A stretch of DNA of 64,000 nt from a virus (IMGVR_UViG_3300031994_000025:64001-128000), one strand, 5' to 3'; numbered from the stretch's first letter, positions 36,263-46,685 are shown. Made by a program: numbers and translations. Notes: a model not told the origin generated them from the letters alone.

Positions 36263-37458
36263 GATGCCTGTTCCGTTATCTCTGATTCTGATGCTATGAC
36301 GATGCCACTCATTTCCCCCCCGGCGCTTTCGTTGAGATAGCCATACGTGATGGTCACACTGCCGCCAGTCTTCGTTCCAGACACGCCAGGAACGGTTACC
36401 TGCGACGTGATGTCAAACAGACCAGATGGCATGATGGTTTTCGTTCCCATCGGAGTCCCTGCGCCTCCTACCTTCAGCACATTGTTCTTGTTGTCATAGA
36501 GACGGCAGTAGAAATGCTGGTAGCGCTCATCTATGGTTGTTGCACTGGTATTCTTCCCCATCCACGCCGTGAACGTCACGCTCTGGCCGTCTCGAAGGAA
36601 CGCACCGCCTTTGTTGTTCGCAGCGTTACCCGTGGCATTGTTGGCGATATACATACGCTCGTCGTCTGTCTCATCGTCTACTTCCCAGAATGCTGAGTAA
36701 ACGGGGGTTGCTCCATTGTTATTCGGATTTTCCGTGTAGAAGTCGCAGCGCAGGACGATGAAGTCTGTGATGTCGCTGACGCCGATGCTTAACTGTGCAA
36801 CGCCGCCAGAACCCGCTGCTATCGGGTTGCCGTTGTTCAGATACTCACCGCTTCCCTCGTCACACCACTTCGTCCAGAATGTCGTCTCTGGGGTCGTGCC
36901 GTTGTAGAGTTTTGCACTGAGGGTGATGTTGGGTGTTGCGGTAGTCACGGCCTGCTCACCCGTAATCTGGCCAATATATCCGCTGCCGGTCATGGCAGAC
37001 ATACGAACGGGCAGCGACACGGCGAAGTCAAGCGGATAGCCGTTGTCCTCGACGCTTCCAGAGCAGGCAATTACGTCATTGTCTGTGTTGCCTTCCGACC
37101 CGAGGTTGCGCATGATGTTAATCGCTGGGAAGTCGATTGTCCCAACGCGCCGGGTGGTTTTTTGGAAGAGCGGATTGCCGAAGGCATCCACGAATGACCC
37201 TGTGCTCATATTTGTCTGCTCATCGAACGTGATGGCGTTGCCGTTATACGACCAGACGATGCTTGCCGCGGTCGGTGCTTTTGCCGCGCCGGCAAGGTCG
37301 GTCTGTACCCACACCTGCGGATGGTCGGTGTTCCAGTCTGGCACGCAAGTGTTGCCGCTGACCATCTGTGAGAGGGTTGTATTGCATCGCATGATGGCAT
37401 TCAGGGCGGTCCCGTCGTGGATGGCAGTTACCATGAACCTATTACTAACTTTTCCCAT
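36259..37458 (-). CDS. tail/baseplate structural protein (Ig-like)
   Basis: 399-aa beta-rich ORF in the late operon. Confidence 0.65.
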   Translation of the reverse strand: MGKVSNRFMVTAIHDGTALNAIMRCNTTLSQMVSGNTCVPDWNTDHPQVWVQTDLAGAAKAPTAASIVWSYNGNAITFDEQTNMSTGSFVDAFGNPLFQKTTRRVGTIDFPAINIMRNLGSEGNTDNDVIACSGSVEDNGYPLDFAVSLPVRMSAMTGSGYIGQITGEQAVTTATPNITLSAKLYNGTTPETTFWTKWCDEGSGEYLNNGNPIAAGSGGVAQLSIGVSDITDFIVLRCDFYTENPNNNGATPVYSAFWEVDDETDDERMYIANNATGNAANNKGGAFLRDGQSVTFTAWMGKNTSATTIDERYQHFYCRLYDNKNNVLKVGGAGTPMGTKTIMPSGLFDITSQVTVPGVSGTKTGGSVTITYGYLNESAGGEMSGIVIASESEITEQAS

Positions 37459-37461
37459 GAT

Positions 37462-37860
37462 TTATTTCTCCTCTTCGTTAACTTGTTCGACTTCTTCCTC
37501 TGCAGACACGTCATCTCCCGGCGTATCGGATTCCCCCTCGACGGGGCTTTCCACCTCGTTATCGACGGTATTTGCGTTCACGTCCCCGTCGGCTGGTTCT
37601 TCGCCTGACGTTTCCTTTGGCGTATTCTCAGCGGGTACTCCAATCTGGTAGCCGTTTTCGGCTATCAGGCGCTCAGCCTCCGCCTCGCTGATTATCTCCA
37701 CGTCAAGGCCGTTGACGTATTCCTCCGGCATGATGCTTAGTGCCCGCAAGGCTTTCTCAGACACGATGTATCGACCATCCTTCGTCCTGTAGTTGGTCGT
37801 AATGACACCCGCGCGCCTCGCTATCTCTGCGGATGCCAAGAATGTAGACTCCTTTCTCAT
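37462..37860 (-). CDS. hypothetical late protein with acidic tail
   Basis: 132-aa ORF tiling the operon. Confidence 0.65.
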   Translation of the reverse strand: MRKESTFLASAEIARRAGVITTNYRTKDGRYIVSEKALRALSIMPEEYVNGLDVEIISEAEAERLIAENGYQIGVPAENTPKETSGEEPADGDVNANTVDNEVESPVEGESDTPGDDVSAEEEVEQVNEEEK

Positions 37861-37887
37861 AGTGCTATTCTGTTTATTTTAATTTGG

Positions 37888-39258
37888 TTATGTCCTGCAA
37901 ACGATATATGAGTTCCCGTCGTCTGTCGTAATGAGAGTGTCGTCGTCTTCGCTCACCTGTATGAGTGTCAACGGGCCGAGAAGGCAGGTGTCGGCATAGA
38001 CCTCGACGTGCTCGCCGCCCGTCCTGTTGAGTGCCGCATGGTCAACGGCCATCGTCCTGCCATACCCCAGGTCGGTCACGGTGCTGCTGTTCATCGGGTG
38101 GAGATGCCAGTCCAGCCGTATGTGCTCATCGACAAAGGCATCGTCCAAGTCCACGCCGTCGGCCTGAACTATTGCCTCAAACACTTTGCTCCCGCTGCTC
38201 GACCTGACGGCATTGCCGCTGTGGCTGAATGGCTCGTTGTCAATATCCGGCCACTCCCACATCATCGTCCGCTCGTCCGTTGAAGGAAGGTTGGGTGCCG
38301 ACGGCTTGGTATAGTACACCTTCGAGGCGTTTACCGTCGTGTCTGTGGTCAGAACGAAGTCGTTTCCATTCATTTCATAGTAGCCCTTCGTCTTTGGGTT
38401 GCCCGTCGGTGAGCCGACCTCGTTAAACGTGCCTATCTGCACCTGTACCTTGAATTTCTCAGCGTAGTCCATGTCGAGCACGATGGTGTCCGTGCCGAGT
38501 CCCTTTCCCGCCAGCTGGTTCTCCTGAGAGTATTGTAGGAAGTCAAGACCCTCGACGATAGGTTGCCCGTCGATATACCAGAAGTAATAGACACCGCTCG
38601 TCGCGTCATTACTGCCAAGCATTGTCTTGGCAGACAGGCGGAACTTGCTGCCGTTCTGGAACAAGCCGTTCGCCAGGTTGCCTGTCTTGATGTAGACCGG
38701 GTCGTATGTAATCACGGCTGGGGCCTGTAAGGACACGACATAGTTCTCCTCTGGCATGTTGGTCGATGTAAGCGTCACGATGCTCTCCTTCGTATAGATC
38801 TCCTGCCTGAGATTGTCCGTGTACGTGGCGACACAGCGCAGGGTGACGGGTGTGCGGTAGTCGACGTTCTTCCTCACGACGAGCCGTCCCGTCAGCCTGG
38901 TCGTGGACTCCCCGGATTCCTCGTCATATACCGTCTCTTGTTCGAGGTAGTAGTCCTGGGACGTCACCGTAGACGTTATCTGCGTCTGCGTATCTCCGTT
39001 GACTATGTACCACTTGATGTCATACCCCGACGTGATAGTCTCACCCGTCCCCGTGTCCTTGGCGACGAACAGCGGCGTGAGTATCAGCGGATGCAGCCTG
39101 CGGTCTGGAATCCAGACCTGCGGGTTCTGCTGCGTGTCCTGTGCCTGTGTCAGTGGACCGCCGTTCTCGCCAGACTGCGCGATGGTCAGCGACGTGCTGA
39201 GCGGCGTCCTTATCGTCGTCACCACTACTGGCACTGATGTGTTGATGATTCTCTTCAT
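37888..39258 (-). CDS. tail structural protein (Ig-like)
   Basis: WIPDRRLHPLILTP...LVVRKNV pattern; contains a module shared with the capsid C-terminus. Confidence 0.65.
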   Translation of the reverse strand: MKRIINTSVPVVVTTIRTPLSTSLTIAQSGENGGPLTQAQDTQQNPQVWIPDRRLHPLILTPLFVAKDTGTGETITSGYDIKWYIVNGDTQTQITSTVTSQDYYLEQETVYDEESGESTTRLTGRLVVRKNVDYRTPVTLRCVATYTDNLRQEIYTKESIVTLTSTNMPEENYVVSLQAPAVITYDPVYIKTGNLANGLFQNGSKFRLSAKTMLGSNDATSGVYYFWYIDGQPIVEGLDFLQYSQENQLAGKGLGTDTIVLDMDYAEKFKVQVQIGTFNEVGSPTGNPKTKGYYEMNGNDFVLTTDTTVNASKVYYTKPSAPNLPSTDERTMMWEWPDIDNEPFSHSGNAVRSSSGSKVFEAIVQADGVDLDDAFVDEHIRLDWHLHPMNSSTVTDLGYGRTMAVDHAALNRTGGEHVEVYADTCLLGPLTLIQVSEDDDTLITTDDGNSYIVCRT

Positions 39259-39261
39259 GCC

Positions 39262-40608
39262 TTATATTATTGTTATGCTATTGATAATTTCCGCCTCTTC
39301 GCCGCCGTCAAGAAACCGAGCCGTACACTTGAACGAAACCTTTCCGCCGTCAATGCTCCAGTCGCCTGGCAGGTCATCGTCAGTTATATGGATGGCACGT
39401 GTGTCGCTTTTCAGTGGCGACTGGTCATCGTCCCGTTCGGTGTGCATGGAGTTGCCCCAAGCCTCGTCAAGCGCGGCGTTCCCGCTCTCGCGCACCCACT
39501 TCCACGCCGTCACCATGTCGCTAATGTCCTCCTGCCCGAAAAGCAGATGTGGCACAACGGTCTCGTCGATGAAGCCAGGCCGGACGTTTAACCCGCTGAT
39601 AGGCGTAGGATCGTCGCCAGAGGTATAGAATCCAAGGGAGAATGTGCCGCCGCTGATGAGCTTCCAGTCTGTGCGTCCCAGCATCGGCTCCTGCATCGTG
39701 CCGTCGACGAGACATTCCCACAGGGCACCGTGGTTCCACGCGCGGCTTATCTCCAGAATGTTCTCTTGATCCCAGCCTTTTGTTACGCCGGTCAGCTTCT
39801 TATAGAGGTCTGCGTCGGAGTAGGAATCATTGACTTGCAGGAAGCGTTGTGTAATCCAACGGAGCCTTGTCAAGAATCTGTAGTGGTAGGGTTCGTCGAT
39901 AGCCTGTCCTTTAGTAAAGCTGATTGGTTCGTCCCCCGTCCAGCCGAGTTTGGATGCGACGGCGGTGGCGAGGGTTCCGTCAGGTGCCCTCTGGCCGGTG
40001 ACACCCGTGTATTCGACGCGGGGCGTGGCGACCCACTGCCCACGGTCCTCTATGGCGTAGCGTGGGTCCTTGTCCGGTAAGTCATCGGGGTTGATACGCC
40101 ACTGCGCGTTATACTCGTCAGTGCCGAGAATGCCGGTGTCGAGTGTCAACTCCCGTCGTCCGGATTCCGGTAGGGAAACCTCGCCCATCCTGACGAACAG
40201 GTATTTATCCATCATTTCGAGGGTCTCTGCAGACGGGTCGTAGTTGATGGTGCTGAACCCGCTTGGTGTCATGTTGGTCAGGTACTTGTACTTCTCCGAG
40301 AAATCTTCGCCTTTCTTGTATTTGGGCGCAAACACGATGTAGCCGCTGTCCGTGTCGTCTTTCTTTAACCGGGCAAAGACGGTATATCTGTTCTTACCTT
40401 CGGGGTCTGACAGCCGCCTGTTACGACCGGCCAGCACCCATTCCCGGAAGTTCCCGTCCTCATCCATGCCGATGCCCGCATTGGGGCAATACACCTTTAT
40501 CTTCGTGCCGCGCGCCACGTTCACAGCCAGGTCGTTGGCGGAGCCGTTGGCGTTCGGCGTGATACTGATCGCCGATGGAGCTATGTAGTGGGTTGGTGAT
40601 GTCCGCAT
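39262..40608 (-). CDS. tail structural protein
   Basis: 448-aa ORF; WNHGALWECLVDGT...EP...DW and WKWVRESGNAALDEAW motifs. Confidence 0.65.
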   Translation of the reverse strand: MRTSPTHYIAPSAISITPNANGSANDLAVNVARGTKIKVYCPNAGIGMDEDGNFREWVLAGRNRRLSDPEGKNRYTVFARLKKDDTDSGYIVFAPKYKKGEDFSEKYKYLTNMTPSGFSTINYDPSAETLEMMDKYLFVRMGEVSLPESGRRELTLDTGILGTDEYNAQWRINPDDLPDKDPRYAIEDRGQWVATPRVEYTGVTGQRAPDGTLATAVASKLGWTGDEPISFTKGQAIDEPYHYRFLTRLRWITQRFLQVNDSYSDADLYKKLTGVTKGWDQENILEISRAWNHGALWECLVDGTMQEPMLGRTDWKLISGGTFSLGFYTSGDDPTPISGLNVRPGFIDETVVPHLLFGQEDISDMVTAWKWVRESGNAALDEAWGNSMHTERDDDQSPLKSDTRAIHITDDDLPGDWSIDGGKVSFKCTARFLDGGEEAEIINSITII

Positions 40609-40816
40609 GTCAGATTTATTTCTGACATCAATTTAACAGAAAAAAGATTGCGGTCAAGGGCACGGCCAATAGAAAAGAACCGCTATCCTCACGGACTCGG
40701 CCCCCATATCAATGACTAAAAACCTAAAAAACTACGATATTAAACTTATTAACCGCGTATAAATGTGACTGTGTTGGTTTCCTGCCTATTCCCATGGCTG
40801 CTCCCCGTCGCAGCGA

Positions 40817-41926
40817 CTATCCCTCCAGCGCCAGCGTCACGGTGAAATCGACGTGTGGCATGTTCTGCTTCGAGCGGTCGTAGATAGAGATGCTATTCTT
40901 GGCGGGTGTCACGATGACGGGCACGTAGCGGCCACGGTACTTCATCCACCACTGCTTGCGCTTGCCTCCGAGAAATTCCATCGCCCACCACTCGGCCCAC
41001 TCGCGGGTAACGAAACCGCTCGACATCGGCCACGAGCGACGACCGTCGGAACCGAGTGCCATCAGCGAGCGCGTCGGTATGAATGCCGGGCGTTCCACAC
41101 GGGCGTACTGTTTCGTCTCTACGTCGATGTTCATTGCCTCCGCCGTCAGACCGCTGCAGGTCTCGATGGCACCGCGCCGGTTCAGGAAGAGAAAATCGAC
41201 ATACTCCTGAGAGTCGCGCAGCACCAGCGGGGCGTGTGGCGATGCGCTGTCTGCCTCCGCTTCTGCGCCGGCTGCATAGAACACGCTCTGCGTGCCGGAC
41301 ACCTGCACGTCCACCCACGACGTGATGGAGTCTATGCCAACGCGCTCCGGCGAGTCCGTCGGCTTGGTGCTGGCATCGCCGAAGCGATGGTTCCTGTGCT
41401 CCAAGTATGACACGTCGGCATCCTCCTTCCTGCTGACCGTTGAGCGTTCCCATTCCGTCAGTCCACCGATGGCGCAGCGGCCGCCAGGGATGGTTGTATT
41501 TCCGTTTTCGTCCTCGCAGATGGTCTGTGTAAACACACCGCCGTCATCGCTGGCCAGGTATTCCGTATATACACGGAGAAAATACGGCTTGTAACTCCTT
41601 ACCCATAGTTCCGACGGGCTGTTGCCGTTGACCGCCGACTGCGCATCGCTAATCTCGTCTTGATAAGTCTCGTTGGTCCACATCGCCAGTAGCGCTGACG
41701 AGATGTCGAACGATATACTCGTCTGCCCGCCTGTGTCGGCCTTAAACTCGCCCACCACCTTGCTGTCGTAGACCACCTCCACGCGGACGATGGTAAACGG
41801 ACTGGTAACAGGTTGTCCTTCCTTGCTCCACCGTAGTCCGCTGATGTCTATTACCACTGGACTGTCGGCAAAGTAGGTCTTACCGTTGCCGAACATGCCT
41901 GAGATTGCTACTTTATTGCTTGACAT
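40817..41926 (-). CDS. tail tip/distal tail-like protein
   Basis: FLFLNRRGAIET...SSGFVTREWAEW pattern; adjacent to the large tail gene. Confidence 0.6.
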   Translation of the reverse strand: MSSNKVAISGMFGNGKTYFADSPVVIDISGLRWSKEGQPVTSPFTIVRVEVVYDSKVVGEFKADTGGQTSISFDISSALLAMWTNETYQDEISDAQSAVNGNSPSELWVRSYKPYFLRVYTEYLASDDGGVFTQTICEDENGNTTIPGGRCAIGGLTEWERSTVSRKEDADVSYLEHRNHRFGDASTKPTDSPERVGIDSITSWVDVQVSGTQSVFYAAGAEAEADSASPHAPLVLRDSQEYVDFLFLNRRGAIETCSGLTAEAMNIDVETKQYARVERPAFIPTRSLMALGSDGRRSWPMSSGFVTREWAEWWAMEFLGGKRKQWWMKYRGRYVPVIVTPAKNSISIYDRSKQNMPHVDFTVTLALEG

Positions 41927-41955
41927 ATTTCTTAATTCTTAATTCTTAACTCCCG

Positions 41956-44900
41956 TCAGATGTACATTATCTCCATTGTCACATCGCCCAGCCCCGTCTT
42001 GTTGCTGATGGTATATTGCATCTTGCGGATGAATCCCGTCACGTCGCCTACCTCCGAGCGCTTCGTCTTGTCGATGGTCAGCAGTTGCGCCAGCGTCATG
42101 CGCACCGTGCGCTTCACGATGCGGGAGTTTCGAATCCAGTAGGAGTACTCCTTATAGAATTGGTCGGCAAGTCCGCGACCTTTCAGATTCTCATTGGTGA
42201 TGGCCAGATATCGGCGGTTGTAACTACTCTCTTCCTGTGTTGGGTCGAAGTATGGGTTGGGCTTCTCGGCCCGCAGCTTCAGCGAGAAGCGTCCGTAGCG
42301 CGAGTCTACGCCATTGTCAATCGTCATGGACTCGCCGCTATTGCCGTATGCCATTTGGCAGAGCTGCAGCAGTGTATCGCATCGTTCCCAGCTGCTGTCC
42401 ATCTCAATGATGATTTTCTGTCCATAGGCGTCCATACGCATTATATCTTCGACAGAGTGGAGTATCCAAGATGGGATGTAGTACGGACCAAAGTCAATTA
42501 TCCCAGACATACTGCGATATGTAGCAATGAGAATATTGTGTAAGGTTTTGTTGTTATCGGGGATGGTTATGACACTCGCGCCGGAGATATATCCTCCAGT
42601 GCCGTTGAAAGCCGCGTTGCTGCCAGGGAAAATCTCTGACAGTTTGTTTATCGCCAATTCCCTTGTGTTTATAATATCGCTTCCGCTCGTCCCAGACTGT
42701 TTGCCGTTGTAGTCCCATAATTTGCCATAGTTGTCGCAGGTGTCGGGGTGGGCAGTTACACTGCTGCCCGGCATGAGCCTCCAGGTATCGTTGCCCTCGC
42801 CGTCGTCGGGGTCTCCCTCGTAGCGCACGTAGGCATCGTCGCCAGAGCCGCGCATGATGCCAAGTGTCAGGCCCCAGTCGTGGGATTCCACGGGTGACAC
42901 GCCGTTGTCGTTGGGCTCGTAGTTATCCTGGAGATACAGGCGGTAGCCTTCGTTGATGTGGCCGTCGATGTTCATCGTTACGGGCAGGGTGGTGAGTCCG
43001 ATCGTCGAGACCAGCATCACCTTCAGGTCGGCGCTGAGACGATAGTCGTCCTTCTGTGCATACATGTCCGACCTCACGGCAAACTCTCCCGGCTTCACGA
43101 TGCCGTCAACCTTCATGCTGCTGGCTGGGGCTTCCTTGCTCTCGTCATAGAGCCCACCGCTGCCGTAGATGGGGTACTCCGTTGCGGGGTCGTCGTAGTC
43201 CGTGCCGTCGCCTTTCAACGAGGGACGGCGCGGGCGCATCGTCTCGTCCACGAACAGGGCAAACAACTGTTCGGTTTCGCCCTTGCGCTCATTCTCCATA
43301 TTGAGGTCGTTCATGATGGCCGGCATGAAGCCGACATTAACAGTCTCGATGGTCTCTTCCTCGCCCGTGCAGTCACCGTCTTCCGCATCCATGTACTCGC
43401 CGTAGCCGAAGAGCGACGGATAGAGCTCGTCGTAGCGCTTGGCGTCCTTGTCGATCTTGATACCGTAGGCGTTACCCGTCGCGGGGGTCACGTAGCAGGT
43501 CTTGTCGAAGGCGTTCACGCGCTTGATGATGTCTGCGTAGTTGGCGTCGAGCTTCCACTTCGAGTAGTCGTGGGTGTCGCTGTTGTCCTGCCACAGCTCC
43601 TTCTTGTGGGGCAGCATGTCGTCGAAGCCCTTGTAGTGGAAGTGCGTGTCGTCCTTGTCGCCGTAGGTCATGCGGAACCCTCTGATGGAGTTCTCCACCT
43701 TTTCCTCCGGCCGTACCACCTCACAGTTGATGTGCTGCACCGCCGTATCGCGGAACAGGTTGCGCAGCAACACGATGCGCACGCGCTTGTAGTCGTCGCT
43801 GAACAGCAGGCGTATGCCGAAGCCGCTCTCCAGGGCATGGATGACCTCTGAGATGTCGACATTGGGGAAGCATTCCGGCGTGGCATAGGCGCGGTGCAGA
43901 TAGCCGTTGTCGTGCTCGTATTGCTCGCGGTCGGTTTCGCTCCACTGTCCGGCACTCTCTATGTCTATCTTAATATGCTTCACGGCGGGCATCCCGCTGG
44001 GGAGGGCTTGGCCGAGCCTGTAGTCGGTGCATACAAATCCGCTCTCCTCCTTGTTGATGTTCTCTCCACGTTTGTATTCATATATCTTCCGCCCTGCCAC
44101 TTCCGACACCTCCTCCCGGCGTCCGAAGTACTCCGGCACGAGGCGGCTGATCTGCCGTCCGTTCATGTTGAACCGATACTTGCCGAGCGATGGGTCTGAG
44201 ATGGCGGTGCGCAGCGTGGTTGGTTCCTTGTAGGCACAGTTGGTGTTCACGAAGAACAGACGTTTCAGGTCTTCCACGTCCATCATCTGATTCTCCTCGA
44301 TATAGATGCCGAGGTGCTTCATCAAGGCGCGGAGCCAGTAGATAACGTAGAAGTTCGGGGCCGAGTTCAGACGATTAGCGGGCATGTACTCGTAACCGCG
44401 CTGCGCCTCCGGCTCCTCGTTGTACTTGGGAATGTAGGTTCCGTCCGTCTGCTTCTTCTCGTAGCCCTGCTTCTGGTAGCAAAGGGCCACGTTGCAGTAG
44501 GGGTGGCTGTCGTCGTAGGGGCTGTCGGTGTTGATGCAGTCGAACTCCGTCAGCCCCTCACCCGTCAGGTCGGTGAACGTGCCAGTCTCCAGCCGTGGGA
44601 ACACCATGCGCGGGTACTCCTGTACCGCCTGCAGTTCTTTCTCACCATCGCTGGTGAACGGCACGTCGCGGCCGCGTGTCCCGTCGTGAGGCTCCGTTTG
44701 GTAGAACACATCACTCGGTTCGGATGTCAAGTCTTCCGTCTCCTGATAGTCGAACACGAATGATGCCTTCAGTCTTACGGATACCGACACCTTTCGTTTG
44801 CGCCACAGGGCAAGGCCGATCATCACGTCGCCCATCATCGGCACCTGGTTAGCTTTTGCCCCCTCTATCATCTCGTCGAAGGTGTGCTGGCCGCTCTCGA

Positions 44901-45225
44901 AGGTCAGGTCAAAGTTGCCGTCACCGTCCACCTCCACCTCGTCGTCGAGCACCAGATAGCCCAGGAAAAGCGGCAGCCCCTCCACCCAGAGGCGGGCGCG
45001 TCGCTTATGCAGGATGTCGTGAAGGCGCGAGCCGTGTATCTCTCCGGCGGTGCCTACGATGTGTGCGTTGGCGGCTGCGTTGAGGGAGAACGCATGGCTC
45101 CACACGTCGCCCTTGGCGAATATCTCCGACGTGGCGGTGATGGTGATGCTGGCGTCCTCTGGCAGGCTGGCAAACTGCGAGCCGGTGCCTTCGCGGTCGA
45201 AAACTTCTAATGCAAGATGTTCCAT
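41956..45225 (-). CDS. large tail hub/baseplate protein
   Basis: 1089-aa ORF with N-terminal WSHAFSL...NAHIVG and FPNVDISEVIHALESGFG patterns of siphovirus hub proteins. Confidence 0.65.
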   Translation of the reverse strand: MEHLALEVFDREGTGSQFASLPEDASITITATSEIFAKGDVWSHAFSLNAAANAHIVGTAGEIHGSRLHDILHKRRARLWVEGLPLFLGYLVLDDEVEVDGDGNFDLTFESGQHTFDEMIEGAKANQVPMMGDVMIGLALWRKRKVSVSVRLKASFVFDYQETEDLTSEPSDVFYQTEPHDGTRGRDVPFTSDGEKELQAVQEYPRMVFPRLETGTFTDLTGEGLTEFDCINTDSPYDDSHPYCNVALCYQKQGYEKKQTDGTYIPKYNEEPEAQRGYEYMPANRLNSAPNFYVIYWLRALMKHLGIYIEENQMMDVEDLKRLFFVNTNCAYKEPTTLRTAISDPSLGKYRFNMNGRQISRLVPEYFGRREEVSEVAGRKIYEYKRGENINKEESGFVCTDYRLGQALPSGMPAVKHIKIDIESAGQWSETDREQYEHDNGYLHRAYATPECFPNVDISEVIHALESGFGIRLLFSDDYKRVRIVLLRNLFRDTAVQHINCEVVRPEEKVENSIRGFRMTYGDKDDTHFHYKGFDDMLPHKKELWQDNSDTHDYSKWKLDANYADIIKRVNAFDKTCYVTPATGNAYGIKIDKDAKRYDELYPSLFGYGEYMDAEDGDCTGEEETIETVNVGFMPAIMNDLNMENERKGETEQLFALFVDETMRPRRPSLKGDGTDYDDPATEYPIYGSGGLYDESKEAPASSMKVDGIVKPGEFAVRSDMYAQKDDYRLSADLKVMLVSTIGLTTLPVTMNIDGHINEGYRLYLQDNYEPNDNGVSPVESHDWGLTLGIMRGSGDDAYVRYEGDPDDGEGNDTWRLMPGSSVTAHPDTCDNYGKLWDYNGKQSGTSGSDIINTRELAINKLSEIFPGSNAAFNGTGGYISGASVITIPDNNKTLHNILIATYRSMSGIIDFGPYYIPSWILHSVEDIMRMDAYGQKIIIEMDSSWERCDTLLQLCQMAYGNSGESMTIDNGVDSRYGRFSLKLRAEKPNPYFDPTQEESSYNRRYLAITNENLKGRGLADQFYKEYSYWIRNSRIVKRTVRMTLAQLLTIDKTKRSEVGDVTGFIRKMQYTISNKTGLGDVTMEIMYI

Positions 45226-45265
45226 AAGTTGCGATATTGTTTTTGCTTAATATCGTCAGGATCAA

Positions 45266-45305
45266 ATCCCGAATCAAGGGCAGATATCTGCCCTTGATTC
45301 GGGAT
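45266..45305. promoter_or_regulatory. 40-bp perfect palindrome formed by two back-to-back late promoter motifs
   Basis: ATCCCGAATCAAGGGCAGAT|ATCTGCCCTTGATTCGGGAT. Confidence 0.75.
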
Positions 45306-45399
45306 GGAAACATCTGCATCTTACAGGCAGATACTTTTTTGCTAAAATTATTATGTTAATACGGAAAGATTGTTTCACGCTTGGCCCGTAACCAGCGTC

Positions 45400-45540
45400 T
45401 GAGGTAAAAGAAATACCTCGGCTCCTTTACAATATGAAGATTCCACCCAACATACGTGACCTCACTGGCCAGAGCCGAGGCATTATTGCCCGTTTCGGTC
45501 AGTGAGATTTCTTTCGTATGGTCTTGTTGAGTGGAATTGG
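45400..45540 (-). ncRNA. candidate structured ncRNA with nested stems and a pseudoknot
   Basis: Promoter on -: TTTG(45575-72)-N20-TACCTTTG(45551-44). Stems 45440-52/45525-37, 45451-56/45515-20, 45461-70/45497-506; cross-pairing 45416-24/45472-80. Confidence 0.55.
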
Positions 45541-45574
45541 GTGCAAAGGTATAACAAAATACTCAAAGCGCCAA

Positions 45575-45805
45575 ATGAAAATAGTAAAATTCATTGAGAT
45601 TAACGCTAATTTGTTAAAAATACTCCGCGAAAACGGGATTAAACTCAGCTACGTGGAGTTGACTGAGATGTATCGCGACTATAAGTCGCTGCGCTCCGTG
45701 CCCGGCAGCAAGCACACCGAGGTGCTGCGCGAGGTGTGCGGGCGGTACGGTATCGGACACACCAAGGCATGGGATGTTATCACGGCCTTGGACAAGGACA
45801 TCTGA
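45575..45805 (+). CDS. small HTH-type DNA-binding protein (Mor-like C-terminus)
   Basis: MYRDYKSL...KHTEVLREVCGRYGIGHTKAWDVITAL. Confidence 0.65.
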   Translation: MKIVKFIEINANLLKILRENGIKLSYVELTEMYRDYKSLRSVPGSKHTEVLREVCGRYGIGHTKAWDVITALDKDI

Positions 45806-45827
45806 ACGATGATATTAAAGTGTTAAA

Positions 45828-45929
45828 GACTCCGCAAAACGCGGAGTCGAAACGCGCCGCGTACCGTGGTCTGCCAACGGTTTTCGGCGTAACTTTGTAG
45901 CGGGTTCCCCAAGACGGGTTCCCGCTACA
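45828..45929 (+). promoter_or_regulatory. operator-like palindrome, -7 box and leader hairpin of the Cys/Gly-rich island
   Basis: GACTCCGC-N5-GCGGAGTC (45828-48); TAACTTTG (45890-97) with no TTTG -33 box; TGTAGCGGG...CCCGCTACA. Confidence 0.55.
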
Positions 45930-45967
45930 GTTCATTTTATTATTCACCAACACAAAAACAAAACATC

Positions 45968-46606
45968 ATGGCAAACTTAGACATGAATGACCTCATGGCG
46001 ATCCGTGGCATCGACCGCGACGACGACCGTCGGTATGGCTGGGGTGGTGGCTACGGCTACAACCACGGCTACGGTAGTATGACGCCTTATGAGCAGATGA
46101 AAGTCTCTCACATGGCTTCAAAGCGCCCCAGTGGCGTGGCAGTGGCAGGACTGACCGTCGGCTCAGTGGCCGTCGTTGCCGGTATCGGCGCGTGGATTTT
46201 CGGTGGCATGCAGGCCAGTGCCAAGGCCAAGGAGGCTGCCCAGATCGGCATCGCAGCCAAGGAGCAGGCCGCTATGCAGTACAACGCTTCAACCAAGTTG
46301 CTGGAGACCGTACACGACAACACGCAGAAGACCATCGACCGTCTGCTTTACAGCTTGCAGCGTGAGACAGACGCTCGTGTGAACGGTGACCAGACCATCA
46401 CACAGACCATCACCGACACCGTGAGCGGTTCGCAGCAGGGTTCGCTGACCGCCAACCAGCAGGCTGACCTCTCTGCCGTAAACAGTGTGATGCAGCAGAC
46501 CTTTAGCGATGCCATCACTGGCCGCTCCAGTCTGAACCCGACTCCGGTGAACATCTTCTCTTCACCGAAGCCCTGCGACTGCCCGGGCTGTGGTTGCAAC
46601 GGCTAA
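45968..46606 (+). CDS. Gly-rich TM/coiled-coil protein with CxCxxCxC tail
   Basis: GWGGGYGYNHGYG, hydrophobic segment, PCDCPGCGCNG end. Confidence 0.8.
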   Translation: MANLDMNDLMAIRGIDRDDDRRYGWGGGYGYNHGYGSMTPYEQMKVSHMASKRPSGVAVAGLTVGSVAVVAGIGAWIFGGMQASAKAKEAAQIGIAAKEQAAMQYNASTKLLETVHDNTQKTIDRLLYSLQRETDARVNGDQTITQTITDTVSGSQQGSLTANQQADLSAVNSVMQQTFSDAITGRSSLNPTPVNIFSSPKPCDCPGCGCNG

Positions 46607-46625
46607 GCAGACCGCCCGCATTCCT

Positions 46626-46662
46626 TCCCCGCCCCTCTAAGGGGAGGGGTTAGGGGTGGGGT
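46626..46662. repeat. solo copy of the palindromic element terminus
   Basis: TCCCCGCCCCTCTAAGGGGAGGGGTTAGGGGTGGGGT closely matches 7899-7934. Confidence 0.8.
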
Positions 46663-46685
46663 GCTTATCGAAACATTCACGGCAA

